A stretch of 63,367 bases of DNA, filler included, from Vannella sp. (Eukaryota): NCBI GenBank assembly GCA_023345925.1. It is 8 parts of 8 records of this genome, joined end to end, with 100 filler letters (N's around TTAATTAATTAA, not from the genome) between each part and the next. Parts side by side here need not be neighbours in the genome. Positions count along the whole stretch, not along the records: positions 15,221 to 23,540 come from JAJQQN010001250.1; positions 23,641 to 34,374 come from JAJQQN010000719.1; 6 more parts are not named here. One strand, given 5' to 3'. Under the pieces are notes generated by a model. That model did not search any database. It had not been told where the DNA came from and saw nothing but the letters and a program-made list of their open reading frames with translations. Shown here one piece after another: positions 23,501 to 33,090 of the stretch; positions within the stretch are counted from its first letter, which is position 1; every line of letters begins with the position of its first letter. Position numbers and translations under genes: made by a program.

Positions 23501-23519
23501 CACAGTAAATGGTAAATAG
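20511..23519 (+). CDS. Cytoplasmic hybrid histidine kinase (PAS-like input, HisKA, HATPase, receiver)
   Basis: H-box FISNLSHEIRTPLNGILG; N-box QVLINLISNAVKYT; G1 VEDTGEGI; G2 GTGIGLSISKKI; receiver LVAEDN...FMDIQMP..NG...SKP. Confidence 0.95.
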   Translation: MPTPSTQGVLLGFTLLDKVHSKTVVVECHTWRIAHANKHFCNFFKTVERIPGKTLAFPTSLRGVLSSNSMSKLESHSRDGLFPFVLEAEVLDEYRTINMEAHVELVSLPYRLSEDPKGETGEENTEYFIITFRKESLQRNESIRTLQCLKYTTASISLFDVMSLHSPKLLLQSRDAKRQGITAETFFNDPRLRTAMEELYSSSSETLSSVSISEFVPIPFRRTDFDTNRSTPRCPRRSLPDIHNSPKPQRTDTQPDGEERFYAITFVKLTDPITNHPCFFVRKMDITDIKRSEQKLEHALTQSQLTADFISNLSHEIRTPLNGILGMLQYLADTDQTLDQYNATSTAISSTIALTDLLSDVLDFSKIEAGKLTIRPGPVLVRDLIRLLEEVCQLFGTAVTSKNLGLHLDYPMGFAFRDHHVLETSMASFPSFIISDIHRIRQVLINLISNAVKYTPSGHVCVRLKVLSNGSKGSKGLPIRIEVEDTGEGIDTSSPLSVFQRFQRMAGDTGLNVDDVCRPEGTGIGLSISKKITEMLGGQMLLTSKLGEGSTFTLCLPETISTEKDASENSPVSFRKTPRCSVPDITLLSAGTAEWKKKSPRRFSASDTALKEIGSLKGLVVGTALQIVSPQHSLLIGPMVRSFLKSIGVVHFDTFCDLRDITAVESSRVTYFLDIANTVPFPSEQSASSGRRECISDELDREQHLWITQTCAQIKALYESICRAHGTPTESLKATEGPTHTHPSNQALLFVLIPLGCVNLLASVLLNVPWFTSWLASPLIPVQMISALSGNYIQCNGVKSRHSPRISPTLSPRTKNPSPLHSPRATQSTLVTNRSNSTPRANFLPSVPQSVLGGELFRLLVAEDNKFNRQVFQRLLSKIRTDVDIDWAFDGAEAVQKFQDSLHSQNPYSLCFMDIQMPHLNGYQATAAIRQLEATFYSPRLPIIALSGNTAEESRKKCLSVGMEASLSKPIRKELLTATLETFLPAHPQQLLASSCDTVNGK

Positions 23520-23874
23520 AACCTCTCATTCTTTCCTCGGNNNNNNNNNNNNNNNNNNNNNNNNNNNNNNNNNNNNNNNNNNNNTTAATTAATTAANNNN
23601 NNNNNNNNNNNNNNNNNNNNNNNNNNNNNNNNNNNNNNNNATCAGGGGAGGAAGCGCTCCGTACGTAGAGATATCTCCGAAAACGAGCAGAAGTGGGAAA
23701 GGGGGCCACGTTCCAAATCCGTACTTACTGGGTGGACCTCTTACACCAGGGCCCTTGCATAACGCTCTGCACCCACTACCCGATCTGCTTTGTTGTTCTG
23801 GGGTCTCCAATGCATCAGTAACTGTTAAATATATGAGTCCATTTACAAATTCATCTTTCCTCTCTTTAGCATGT

Positions 23875-26800
23875 CTAATTTTGCGCTGTTTGAGTGCAAA
23901 AATCTCTCGCTGCACCGTTGTTGGGATGCGTTATTCCTTCGGAGATTGTGCGAGAAAGCTCTGATTGGATGGCTTGGAGGAATGGAACAACAGGAATGTG
24001 TCGCGGGACAGGGAGATCCTCGAGCTCTCGTTTAGGAAGTTTCGCTTCGCACTGTTTTAGTTGAAGGAACCCCAAAAGTTTCTTTTCGTCAAAATCCTTT
24101 CTGAGGCTTCTTCCTAAAGGACCGGATTCAAAGGTGGTAGACCAACCAGCTTTCGTAAAGTTCCTCCATCTCTCTCGAAGTAATGAAAGTCCCAATTTGC
24201 ACTGTGGAGCTACAAAGTCTCCACATATTGGTATCTGTCGGTTGTGATTCACTGGATTCGTATGTTTTCCGGAGCAGGAGAGTGATTGGAAAAGCTCTTG
24301 AGCCGCTTTGCGTCGGAAAGGTTCCTCCAAGTGAACCAGGCTTGACACGTACTCTTCAAAGTTGCCACAAAGGGATCCATCTCTCGGCTTAGTTCTCAGA
24401 ATCAAATTACAGTGCCTCCAGATACGATCTGTGACTTGGGGCCAATCGAACTTCTTTGATAGGAGTGGTTGACTATCGAATTGAGCAATAAGCTCTTTGA
24501 GGGACTGCTTGGTCTGATCCAACAGGAATTCCGTGGCACATCCTGATGCTGTGATGAGATTGGACTCTTTGAGTGACTCAACTAAAACACTAGATGCGAC
24601 CAAACGGTCGCAGTTTGACCCTGAAATGGCATTCTCGAGGAAAGTGGAGTAAGTGAAGGAAGAATCTTCTACTTGGAAAAAGAGGAGATCGTCAAGGCAC
24701 TTTGGATTGATTTGGTGAAGAAGAGGGCTGCATTGTCCGAAGAATTTAGCTTGATTAGAGATTAAGATTAGAACAGCTAACCAATCTGGATAGAGCTGAC
24801 ATGATTGCTGGTGGTAGGGTTGAAGGGACTCCAGGGAACCAAGGACAGGTGCTCCTTTCTCCGATTTGAGGAAGAGACCGAGCTTCTCTCCAATCTGGTT
24901 GTTCCACTGGGACTGAGAAAAAGTAACGGTTATACCGTTTGCGGAGATAATTTCGCCAAGCTTAAATGTAACCTGCCCTTCAGGAGATAGCAGCCGGAAG
25001 GATTCGAAGTGCTTAAAGTGTATCTGTCGCTGTAAAGTCCAGCTTCGTTCTCCTTTCTCCTCCTGGATTTTAGTCTCCCATTCGCAACACACCTGCCAGA
25101 CACCTCCTTCTATCTGCTGCTCAAGGATGAGAGGCAAGTGAGTGTCAGTTTGAGAGGTCGTCCCTTTGAAGCAAACCCAATCAGAAACGCTGCTAATGAG
25201 CTGTTTTTGGAGACCTAAAATAAGGTGTTTCCTATCTGGAGCATCTTCCAGCTTGATTCGGAAGACCAGCAAGTCTTGATCTCGGCAAAATGTGCGCTGG
25301 AGCAATTGAGTGAGCCATTGATCCAGGATGCTTCGGCACCTTTCTGCGATGGCGTATGCCTGAGACATGCACCTAATCACCTCATTGCCTTGGCTCTCTA
25401 CACTCTCCTTGGCAACAATTTGCAGCTGGCTGCATCTCAGTCTATGAATTTGCTCCTGATTGAATTGTAATTGCTCGACTAAATCCTTATCTCCGTTACA
25501 GGGCACCTCAGCGCTTGAGCGTAGAAGCTTCCAATTAGCTTGCGTTTTGGCCAAATCTTTGTTGCCCGTGCATGACTTTGAGTGAAGCACCTCTTGAAGC
25601 TGTCCAGCTGGTACTAAGTCAGATATGTAGTCTTCACCAACCATTATCGATATTTGAGCACTGTAATATAACTTTTGGCTCAATTGCTCTTCAAATAAGT
25701 CAAGCATAGAGCTAGCAACTAGCCGTATTGCCTCGATTTCATATGAAAATCGCTGCAGTGTTCTAGCTTGGCGGTAGCAAGCTTCTGCAAGCCACTTGCG
25801 ATCTTGAGTCGAGCGGAAACTGGCAGCCGTCTTCCTCCATTCCTTGCATCGGCCGACCACCTGGGCAGCAGATGGGGATGGCATTCTATATAGGGCTACA
25901 AAGCGTACCTCCTCCTTTGTTAGGAATTGCGAGGGTAGTCGAATAAGATTAGTATCCACAGAACACTTATTTGGTTTGGAAGAGGACAAGGCAGCCAAGA
26001 TATTCTCGAGAGAGTTTTTCCCATCAACAGCCTCTTTGAAGAGAGCAACTAGATCACTTGAATTCTCTGATTCCCAATGAGGCTCTTCAACGAAAGAGAG
26101 TTGATGAATGCGAAAATCAATAAAGCGTTGGATTTTGCTTTTGAATTCCCATTTGAATGCTGGCTCCTCGAGAAGGGAGGCGATAGACTTTCCTCCTTCA
26201 ATTATGTCCGGATGAATGGACTCCCTTACTCCAGCACCATTCAGTTGGCTCATTATGTGGGCAAGAGCTCGCTTTGGAGTTTTCTTCCACTTTGCCTGGA
26301 GCGCTTTGCTAGGAACAACAAAAGAGAGCTTTCCTTGTTTGTGTGTTTCGAAAAGGCAGAGGGGACCTTTCAACAAAACGTATCGCAAGAGTTTGGAGAC
26401 TACACGGAAGCATTCATCGTAATCAGGAGCGATACTCAAGTGGATTGCAAACTTGTAGAAGGACCAGTCCGTCAATTGAGGTAATCCTTCGTTGAAATAG
26501 AGCGTTCCCGCCGAATCGCAGTTCTTCATCAATATGTTCGAGGTTCTTGCAGAATCAAACGAAAGTTTCATGCCCTTTGGATTATTTGCAATGCAAAAGT
26601 AGGTTTCACACCAACTTTGCGCTGTTCCATTCGGGAAGGAAAAGGACTGACAGTCCCATATCTTCTCTAAGCCACACTGAAGCTCCGATATCATATCAAA
26701 CCGACTCAAGCGCTTATTAATAGCCTCTATAATTTCAGCTGGAAAGCTGGAAGAGGTATTCGTAGGTATTTTACGGATCACGAACTGGAAGCTTTCGTCC

Positions 26801-29800
26801 AAATATTCTTGAAAGTGCAGTTCGAGCAAACTTCTGGTTGAGTGACTCAGTTTCAAGTCACTGATAGCAATTACAGGTATCAATTGATGCTCGTGGAGCT
26901 TTTGGTAGAGAGCGTGTTCGCTGCTGCAAATCGGGAAAGAGCTCGATTCTGTTGTAATTCCAAATTTGTGTGCGAACTTAATGAAAGCTTGATCCAAAAC
27001 GTGTAAAGTATTGACAAAGATCTCACAGGTCATATTGTGACTTGCTGAAGAAGGTCTCCCTCCCTGATTTCGGTCCAATTCTAAGGTTCTTCTAAGCCTG
27101 TCCCACAAGAGTGGTAGTTCCCCAATCTGAGCTGGAAGTGGTCCAGATTGCCTCAAAGAATTCGACATCTGTTGTTCTTTGTCCTCTACTCCAAAGAAAC
27201 CGTGGTCTTCCAGGGAATTCCAAACTAATTGGAGTCTGAGAAGCTGCAGTGGCCATGAGCTTGGTCCCTCACAGGCAAATAGAAAGCCAGCACCTATTCT
27301 GGGATCTAGTTTTGGTAGATTCAGGCCAAGCATTCTCATCTGAAGGGCGCATTGAAGGATGGCTATTTGTGACTTGCCTATCTGTTTACTATGGCCCTGA
27401 GGTAACTTTCCAGCAATCGCAACTGACTTCTGGCACAGTGCCATTGATTTGGAAAAGTCACCTTGACGAAGAAACGTCATTGCCATCCGTGTGGTAACAT
27501 CAGCCTCCCTACTGAGCTGATTATCACCCTTAAGAATGGTGATTGCTTGCTGGTAGAGAGTCGACGCCTCCGCGAATTTGCCGTGATCTCGTTGAATATC
27601 GGCCATAGCGGTAAGGATGACAGCAATCTGGGGACTCTGCTTTGCCACTGCTTCGTAAATCTCAAGCGAGCGCTCGTAGAAGCACATAGCTTCGGTCAAT
27701 TGACCTTGTCCAAGATGAAAAAGAGCAATCTCAAAGAGGGATTGGGCAAACTCTTCGCTTTGAGTTCCGAGCGTCTGTTCCTTGATAGTGATTGACTGCT
27801 CCAACAGGCTCCGAGTTTGGGAAACGTGGCCCAAATCAAAGTGAATTTGAGCTAAATTGAAGATAGCTGAAGCTACTACAACACTCTCAGGACCGAAATG
27901 CGCCGTGTAAATGGCAATAGCTTGCTCACACAGTGTTCTTGCTTTTTGGAAGTGCCCTTGTTCCTGAGAAATGGTTGACATGTACGAGAGAATCTTGCCC
28001 GCGTCCTCTCCACCCTTGTCTAGAGCCTCTACCATCAGGAGAGCTCGTTCGAAGAGGTACATAGAGGAGGCCAGAGACCTTTGATGATAATGGACTAAAG
28101 CTAAGCGGCTCAAAATAGAAGCAACCTCTTTGCTTTTCAAGCCATGGACTTTTTGGTTGATTGAGAGAACTCTCTGGTAAATAGTAGTCGCCTCTAGAAA
28201 GCGATTTTCCTTGCAATGCAGAATGGCAATTTGGTCCAATATAGTGGCTACCTCAGAGCTTTCTTGACCGTGCACCGTCTCATGGTTGCTTAGAATCCGC
28301 TCAAAAATGGTCATCGCTTCTGCAAAGCGGCTTTGCTCAATGAGAACCAAAGTCATACAGTCAAGTAGAAACAGAACTTCTTTGCGGTTTCTGCCGGATT
28401 CGTCACCTTCAAAAGCAAGCGCTCTCTCAAATAGACTCATTGCTTCGGATAGTTGGCCTTGATGACGTAGGACGCATCCCATATTGGTAAGTAGGAAGGA
28501 GTGTTGCTTGGTCTGAGACATCTTTGCACTCCAAGTCATCACCAGAGACTTCTTGGTGGAACTTACTTCCTCTGAAGTGCTTATTGGTTTCGTTGATGCC
28601 TCAAACATGGTCAGTGCTCGTTCATTAAGTTCCTTTGCTTGGGAAAAGTGAGTTTGTTTCAGATGAATACTCGCCATCACTCCAAGAGCAAACGCCATCT
28701 CTTCGCTGTCACCAGCATCTTGAGTTTCATAGATCGAGATAATCTCCCGACACAAAGCTATCGCTTCAGTGAACAGTCCTTGTTCGCGATAGGCTTTCGA
28801 CATGAGCGTGATGATCCATACAATCTCTGCGCTGGTAGGCCCGAATGCTTTTTGGTAGGCAATTCTCGCCCTTTCGCAAAGCATTATGGCCTCTGTGAGA
28901 AACCCCATCTCAACAAAGATGTGGGCCATATGAGCTATGATGATGGCTATTTCTTTGCTGTCATTGCCAAATGCTGCTTCTGCCAAGTACACAGTTTCTT
29001 CCAGGATACTCACTGCCTCAGGGAAACATCCTGCCTCACGATAGGCAGCACCGAGAGCTATCCGAGCGGAAACCACCTCCTTGCTGTCCTCTCCAGAGGC
29101 TTCCTTTTGAATGAGAAGTGCGCTCTGGAAAAAGCCAATCGCAGTATCATACTCCCCCTGTGTATATCGTATAGAGGCCATCACAAAGAGAAACTCGCCA
29201 ACTTCTTTGCTCCGCTTCCCAAATAACCCAATCATCAGAAGAAGTGTTGTTTCAAACAAACTCTCCGTGGAGTGGCTTTGAGACTCTCTGCTAAAGAGGA
29301 TAGAAGCCAATGCTTCATGTTGCTCTTCAGAGAAGGCCTTGAGCATGGATAATACTCTTCCGCCAAAGTCTTTTGCTAAAGTCAAGTGACCTTTCTCATA
29401 ATGAAGGAGCGCCAGGTGGACCAGAATGATGATGACCCTTTCGCTTTCCTCTCCAAAGGTTGCTTCAATGATGGAAAGAGAGCGCTTCAGCAACCTCTTA
29501 ACATCAGAGAAGACGGCACTCTTCTTCCGGTCCAGAGCTTTTTTCAAGCAGTCTGCAGCCGCCTGGGCAGGATTCAGTCCTCCTATGAAGGAGCAGTAAA
29601 GGGGCCGCAAAGAAGAACGCTCCTGAGCAGTAGAGAGAGCCCAAAGACGCTCCGCCAATTGTCGGATGGGAAGGGAGAAGCTTCCTCCCTCCTCCAAGTG
29701 GAGTTGAGTGCAGCTTTCAATGGCACTGATGCGGCTCTCCCATGTCCAACAAGGACTTTGATAGCTGGAGCTCAGGGAGGGAACGCCTGAAGAGTAAGCG

Positions 29801-30094
29801 CACCGATCATGAGGGCAACGGGTGCTTACTCGGCATTAGGAGGAGTGCAAGCTTCTCAAGATGCTGATGAAGCAAGCACAAAACTTGGTGACATGCCTCA
29901 GAGCAATAGGGACCACTCTGACACAGATAGCACCCACTTTCCCCCTCCAAAGCTGCCACTTTGCATCCTTTCCTCACACACAAGCGCCACTCCGAGTCCA
30001 AGATGTACCGTGCCGTCTCTACCTATGTATCAGTACAGTGGCTACCTGTAGATGGCTTACGGCTTCCTCTAGCCTTCTTCTTCGCCTGGACCAT
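23875..30094 (-). CDS. Large protein: MYND-like Zn finger, ~42-aa TPR array and long uncharacterised C-terminal region
   Basis: An upstream exon encodes CVRKGC...CYLCQSGPYCSEACHQ...H..H and is spliced (GTAAGC...TTCAG, about 29830-29788) in frame into the 1940-aa ORF with kinesin-light-chain-type TPRs. The ATG at 30094 is inferred. Confidence 0.75.
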
Positions 30095-30185
30095 GGCGGA
30101 GGGCGGGAGAAGGGAAAATGTCGCTCCCTCAAACCGCTCTAACTCCTTCCAATTCACTGGGGTGGGCCTGGGAGTAAGGGAGGAT

Positions 30186-31394
30186 CTATTCTTTGGGAAG
30201 ATAATCAGGATTCACTGCTGGATCGATGCCGCGGTCGATGTTGTATCGCTCTACGAGCTCTTCCCAAGTCACTCCGTCATTGCGAATGCGCCAGAAGTAG
30301 GGGTTCTTTAGCTTGCCGGATAGCTTCCACTCACCAAAGTGCTTCACTTTGAGAATGGTGCCTGCGGGAGGAGGGTGCTTAAAGTCAGTATAAGTGCATC
30401 GGATGGTTATCATCACGTCGTTAGGCAGCATACAGTCGTATCCTACGCATTTAGAGGCTTTGCAGACCATCTTCACCTCTGCGTCTTGCTGTAGCTTGAC
30501 CTTGAGCATGTTATAAGATCTTCCCGCCAGATAACTGGCCTCTGGCTTTCTTATCATCAATCCCTCGCCATTTCGGTTCACTACTTGGCGTAGTTCTTCT
30601 TTGAGATGCTCTGTGCCTGTGCATTTGGTGTAAGGGACGAACTCGAGAAAGTCACTCTCAGAAACAGTGTTTCTCATCTGAGAGAGCCTTTCCTCGAAGG
30701 GGAGGTTGTCATCAGGCGAGTCAAAGGCCATGAACTTGCAAGACCTCCAATCCTCTTCGTTGCTGCTCTTCAGCACCCGAATCAGGTGGCCAAACCGCTC
30801 GTAGCCGGCCCAAAGCTCCCCGTCGAGAGCGATATTGGGGGGTAGGCTGTCTAGGAACCACTGTGGAGGAGATAGAGGTCTTCCATACCGTGAGACAAGG
30901 ATGGAACCACTCCAGAAGGCGCGAATACCATCGTATTTCTCGGAGATCCAATAGCCGGTTGGATCGATCTCCTCATTCCAGACCTGTGAGAGCATCAGGT
31001 CCTTACCTGGAGCTCTCTTCTTCGAAGTAGAACTCCCTTCTGGAGGGCGCTGGGTGTGAAGGGGATCAGTGGAAGGAACGGAGAGCTTTCCTTCCTCTTT
31101 CTGCAGGATCTTCGCCCAGTCCTTGTCTGGATAGCTGGCTTCCAAAGCTTTCTTAAGATCCAGGTACTGTGAGAGTAAGCTACTTCCTCCACTCTTGCGG
31201 ACAGTGGCAGCGGTCACATTGCCCCAATCCTCATCCGAGGACCATCCCAACCGCGCGGATAGTTCATCCCAGAAGGCTCTCTGGTTCTCTACCTTCTTCC
31301 AATAGCCAGACGGCTTCCTCTTCACAACCTCCTCTGTGGCCAGCCCTCTTCGGACCAACCCACAACCAAGCGCAGCCCTTCTCCAAGGGAACAT
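30186..31394 (-). CDS. Minimal ATP-dependent DNA ligase with one N-terminal copy of the repeat seen in 16696-18924 and a putative mitochondrial presequence
   Basis: Motif I SEKYDGIR, III LDGEL, IIIa FMAFD, IV EGLMIR, V LKVK and a short OB-like end. N-terminus MFPWRRAALGCGLVRRGLAT. Intronless. Confidence 0.9.
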   Translation of the reverse strand: MFPWRRAALGCGLVRRGLATEEVVKRKPSGYWKKVENQRAFWDELSARLGWSSDEDWGNVTAATVRKSGGSSLLSQYLDLKKALEASYPDKDWAKILQKEEGKLSVPSTDPLHTQRPPEGSSTSKKRAPGKDLMLSQVWNEEIDPTGYWISEKYDGIRAFWSGSILVSRYGRPLSPPQWFLDSLPPNIALDGELWAGYERFGHLIRVLKSSNEEDWRSCKFMAFDSPDDNLPFEERLSQMRNTVSESDFLEFVPYTKCTGTEHLKEELRQVVNRNGEGLMIRKPEASYLAGRSYNMLKVKLQQDAEVKMVCKASKCVGYDCMLPNDVMITIRCTYTDFKHPPPAGTILKVKHFGEWKLSGKLKNPYFWRIRNDGVTWEELVERYNIDRGIDPAVNPDYLPKE

Positions 31395-31659
31395 GAGAAA
31401 ATGACAAGGAAATGGACCTCAAAGATGCCTCCCGGACCCTCCTGATGGCAAAGAGAGGGCTCTACGGCTTTCTCAGTATCACCGGAGTACTGAATGCATC
31501 ATTGAGACGTTTATGAAATCAAATGGGTGGCAGGCACTTGCGGAAGACGTGGTATCCTTCTAGACTCGATAGACTCTTGCTCTTTGCCTCATTGACGCGT
31601 TTGGAACACGAGAGAAGCTGCTTTGAGCACTCTAGAAGCTAACGTGGAGTGAGCCTAGG

Positions 31660-32118
31660 CCATTAGCAAGCTGGTACCTGAGGAGAATGGACAGGAGAAG
31701 ATCACGTTGCTCGTGGACTTTAGCCAACGCGGGCATGTCCATGGCAGGCATTGAGAGCACAAAGATCTCCATTTAAGTACTTGGTATCTTACAGAACCAC
31801 TATCCTGAGGTAATGGGCCTCCTACGCTCTCCTCACGTGCTGATGAAGGTCTAGCGGTTGGGTTTGTGCCTTTTAGTGGCCTCTCCTTGGGCTCTTTCAG
31901 CCTTCTGGGCACTGATTAAGCCTCTCCTAGACCCAGTGACAAAGGCGAAGCTAACGTTCTTCAAGGACAAGAAGAAGAATGCCGCGGAACTCCTCCAATA
32001 CGTCGATCAAGAGACATTGGAAGAGGACTTTGGAGGGACTAGCACCTTCAACTACAACTACAAAAACCTGAGGTTCGATCTTGCAGATAATTCGATGAGA
32101 TTTCGGCTAGAATTCTGA
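31660..32118 (+). pseudogene. CRAL-TRIO/Sec14 lipid-binding domain fragment, disrupted
   Basis: QEKITLLVDF, ILQNHYPE|RLG, PW..SAFWALIKPLLDPVTKAK, LEEDFGG. Frameshift at about 31722 and in-frame TAA at 31774-31776. Confidence 0.75.
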
Positions 32119-32167
32119 GGAGAAGCATTCTGGGCGTTTTCTCAGTTCCTCATTTCTGTTCTCCTGC

Positions 32168-33090
32168 ATGCTCAAAGGCACGGACTTGTTGCGCGAGCTT
32201 GTTTCGAGAGTGAAGTACACCGCCACTGGCCAGAACTTCCATAATTTTACACGAGAACGAGTGAATCAGATCTCCGCTGACATTCTGCGTGTGAAGCTCC
32301 AAATCCATGAGACTGTTGCCTCTTGGCCAAGATCCGAGGATGAAGACGATAATCTCATTCAAATAGAGTGGACCTTGAATTGTCTGCTCAACAACCTTCA
32401 AGAGCTTCTTCTTCTTCCCGGACTTCGTTCAGACTCCAGGAAGGGACTCATCAAGAAGCAACTGACCGACTTTGAAGAACATCTTAACGCTCTGGACAGA
32501 GTGTTTCAACGCCAGAGCGACCCAATACCGCTTTCACCTGACCAATATCACGTTGTGTTCCCAGACAATCACACGGAGTCATTCAATGAGGAGAATGAGT
32601 TAATCGAGTTTTTGTTGATGACGCGCAACAAGGATCCTAAATGCGGGGTGTACACTGTGTATCCCCAACGCTGCCGAGATGGTCTTCTGTTGACTGAAAT
32701 TGGAGGTGATGATCATCTTGGAACGGAACGGAACGGGTCCTAGCAAAGGTCACAATCTCCAGCTGCCACGCCTCTTACGAGCTTCCTCGCTGCATTGTTG
32801 ATACTGGATCCCCGATTGGTATCATCATTCATCCACAACACGAAAAAGTCGGGGACATCACTGCTGGGGAGATTTCCCGTGTGGTTGTTGAGACTCTGCA
32901 GCCCATCACTCGGCATCTCCCATTGCGACCCGGCTCCGTACCTTTCACCACCCATGTATACCAGTGCTTCCCGGAAGGCAGATTCGCAAATGGTGTTCTG
33001 GGCTTGCCTTGCATCACCGCCTACAAACTGACTATTGATGGAAGGGAGGTAACATTCGAGGACAAAACAGATGCTTCCGACAACGAATGA
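32168..33090 (+). pseudogene. Helical N-terminal domain + retropepsin-like aspartic protease, frameshifted at (GAACG)3
   Basis: ORF 32168-32743 would join frame-1 RVLAKV...CIVDTGSPIGII...GVLGLPCITAYKLTIDG if one GAACG unit at 32721-32735 is removed. Confidence 0.6.

Noticed and set aside
20511..23519. Histidine kinase or ligase as bacterial contamination
   Set aside because: Each shares a contig with intron-containing eukaryotic genes at short intergenic distances.
142..31776. Alternative genetic code (TAA/TAG = Gln) suggested by stops at Gln-like positions in Ras and CRAL-TRIO
   Set aside because: Both loci also carry frameshifts. Conserved genes end in TAA/TAG at the expected places, and multi-kb ORFs have no internal TAR. 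C>T mutations explain the stops.
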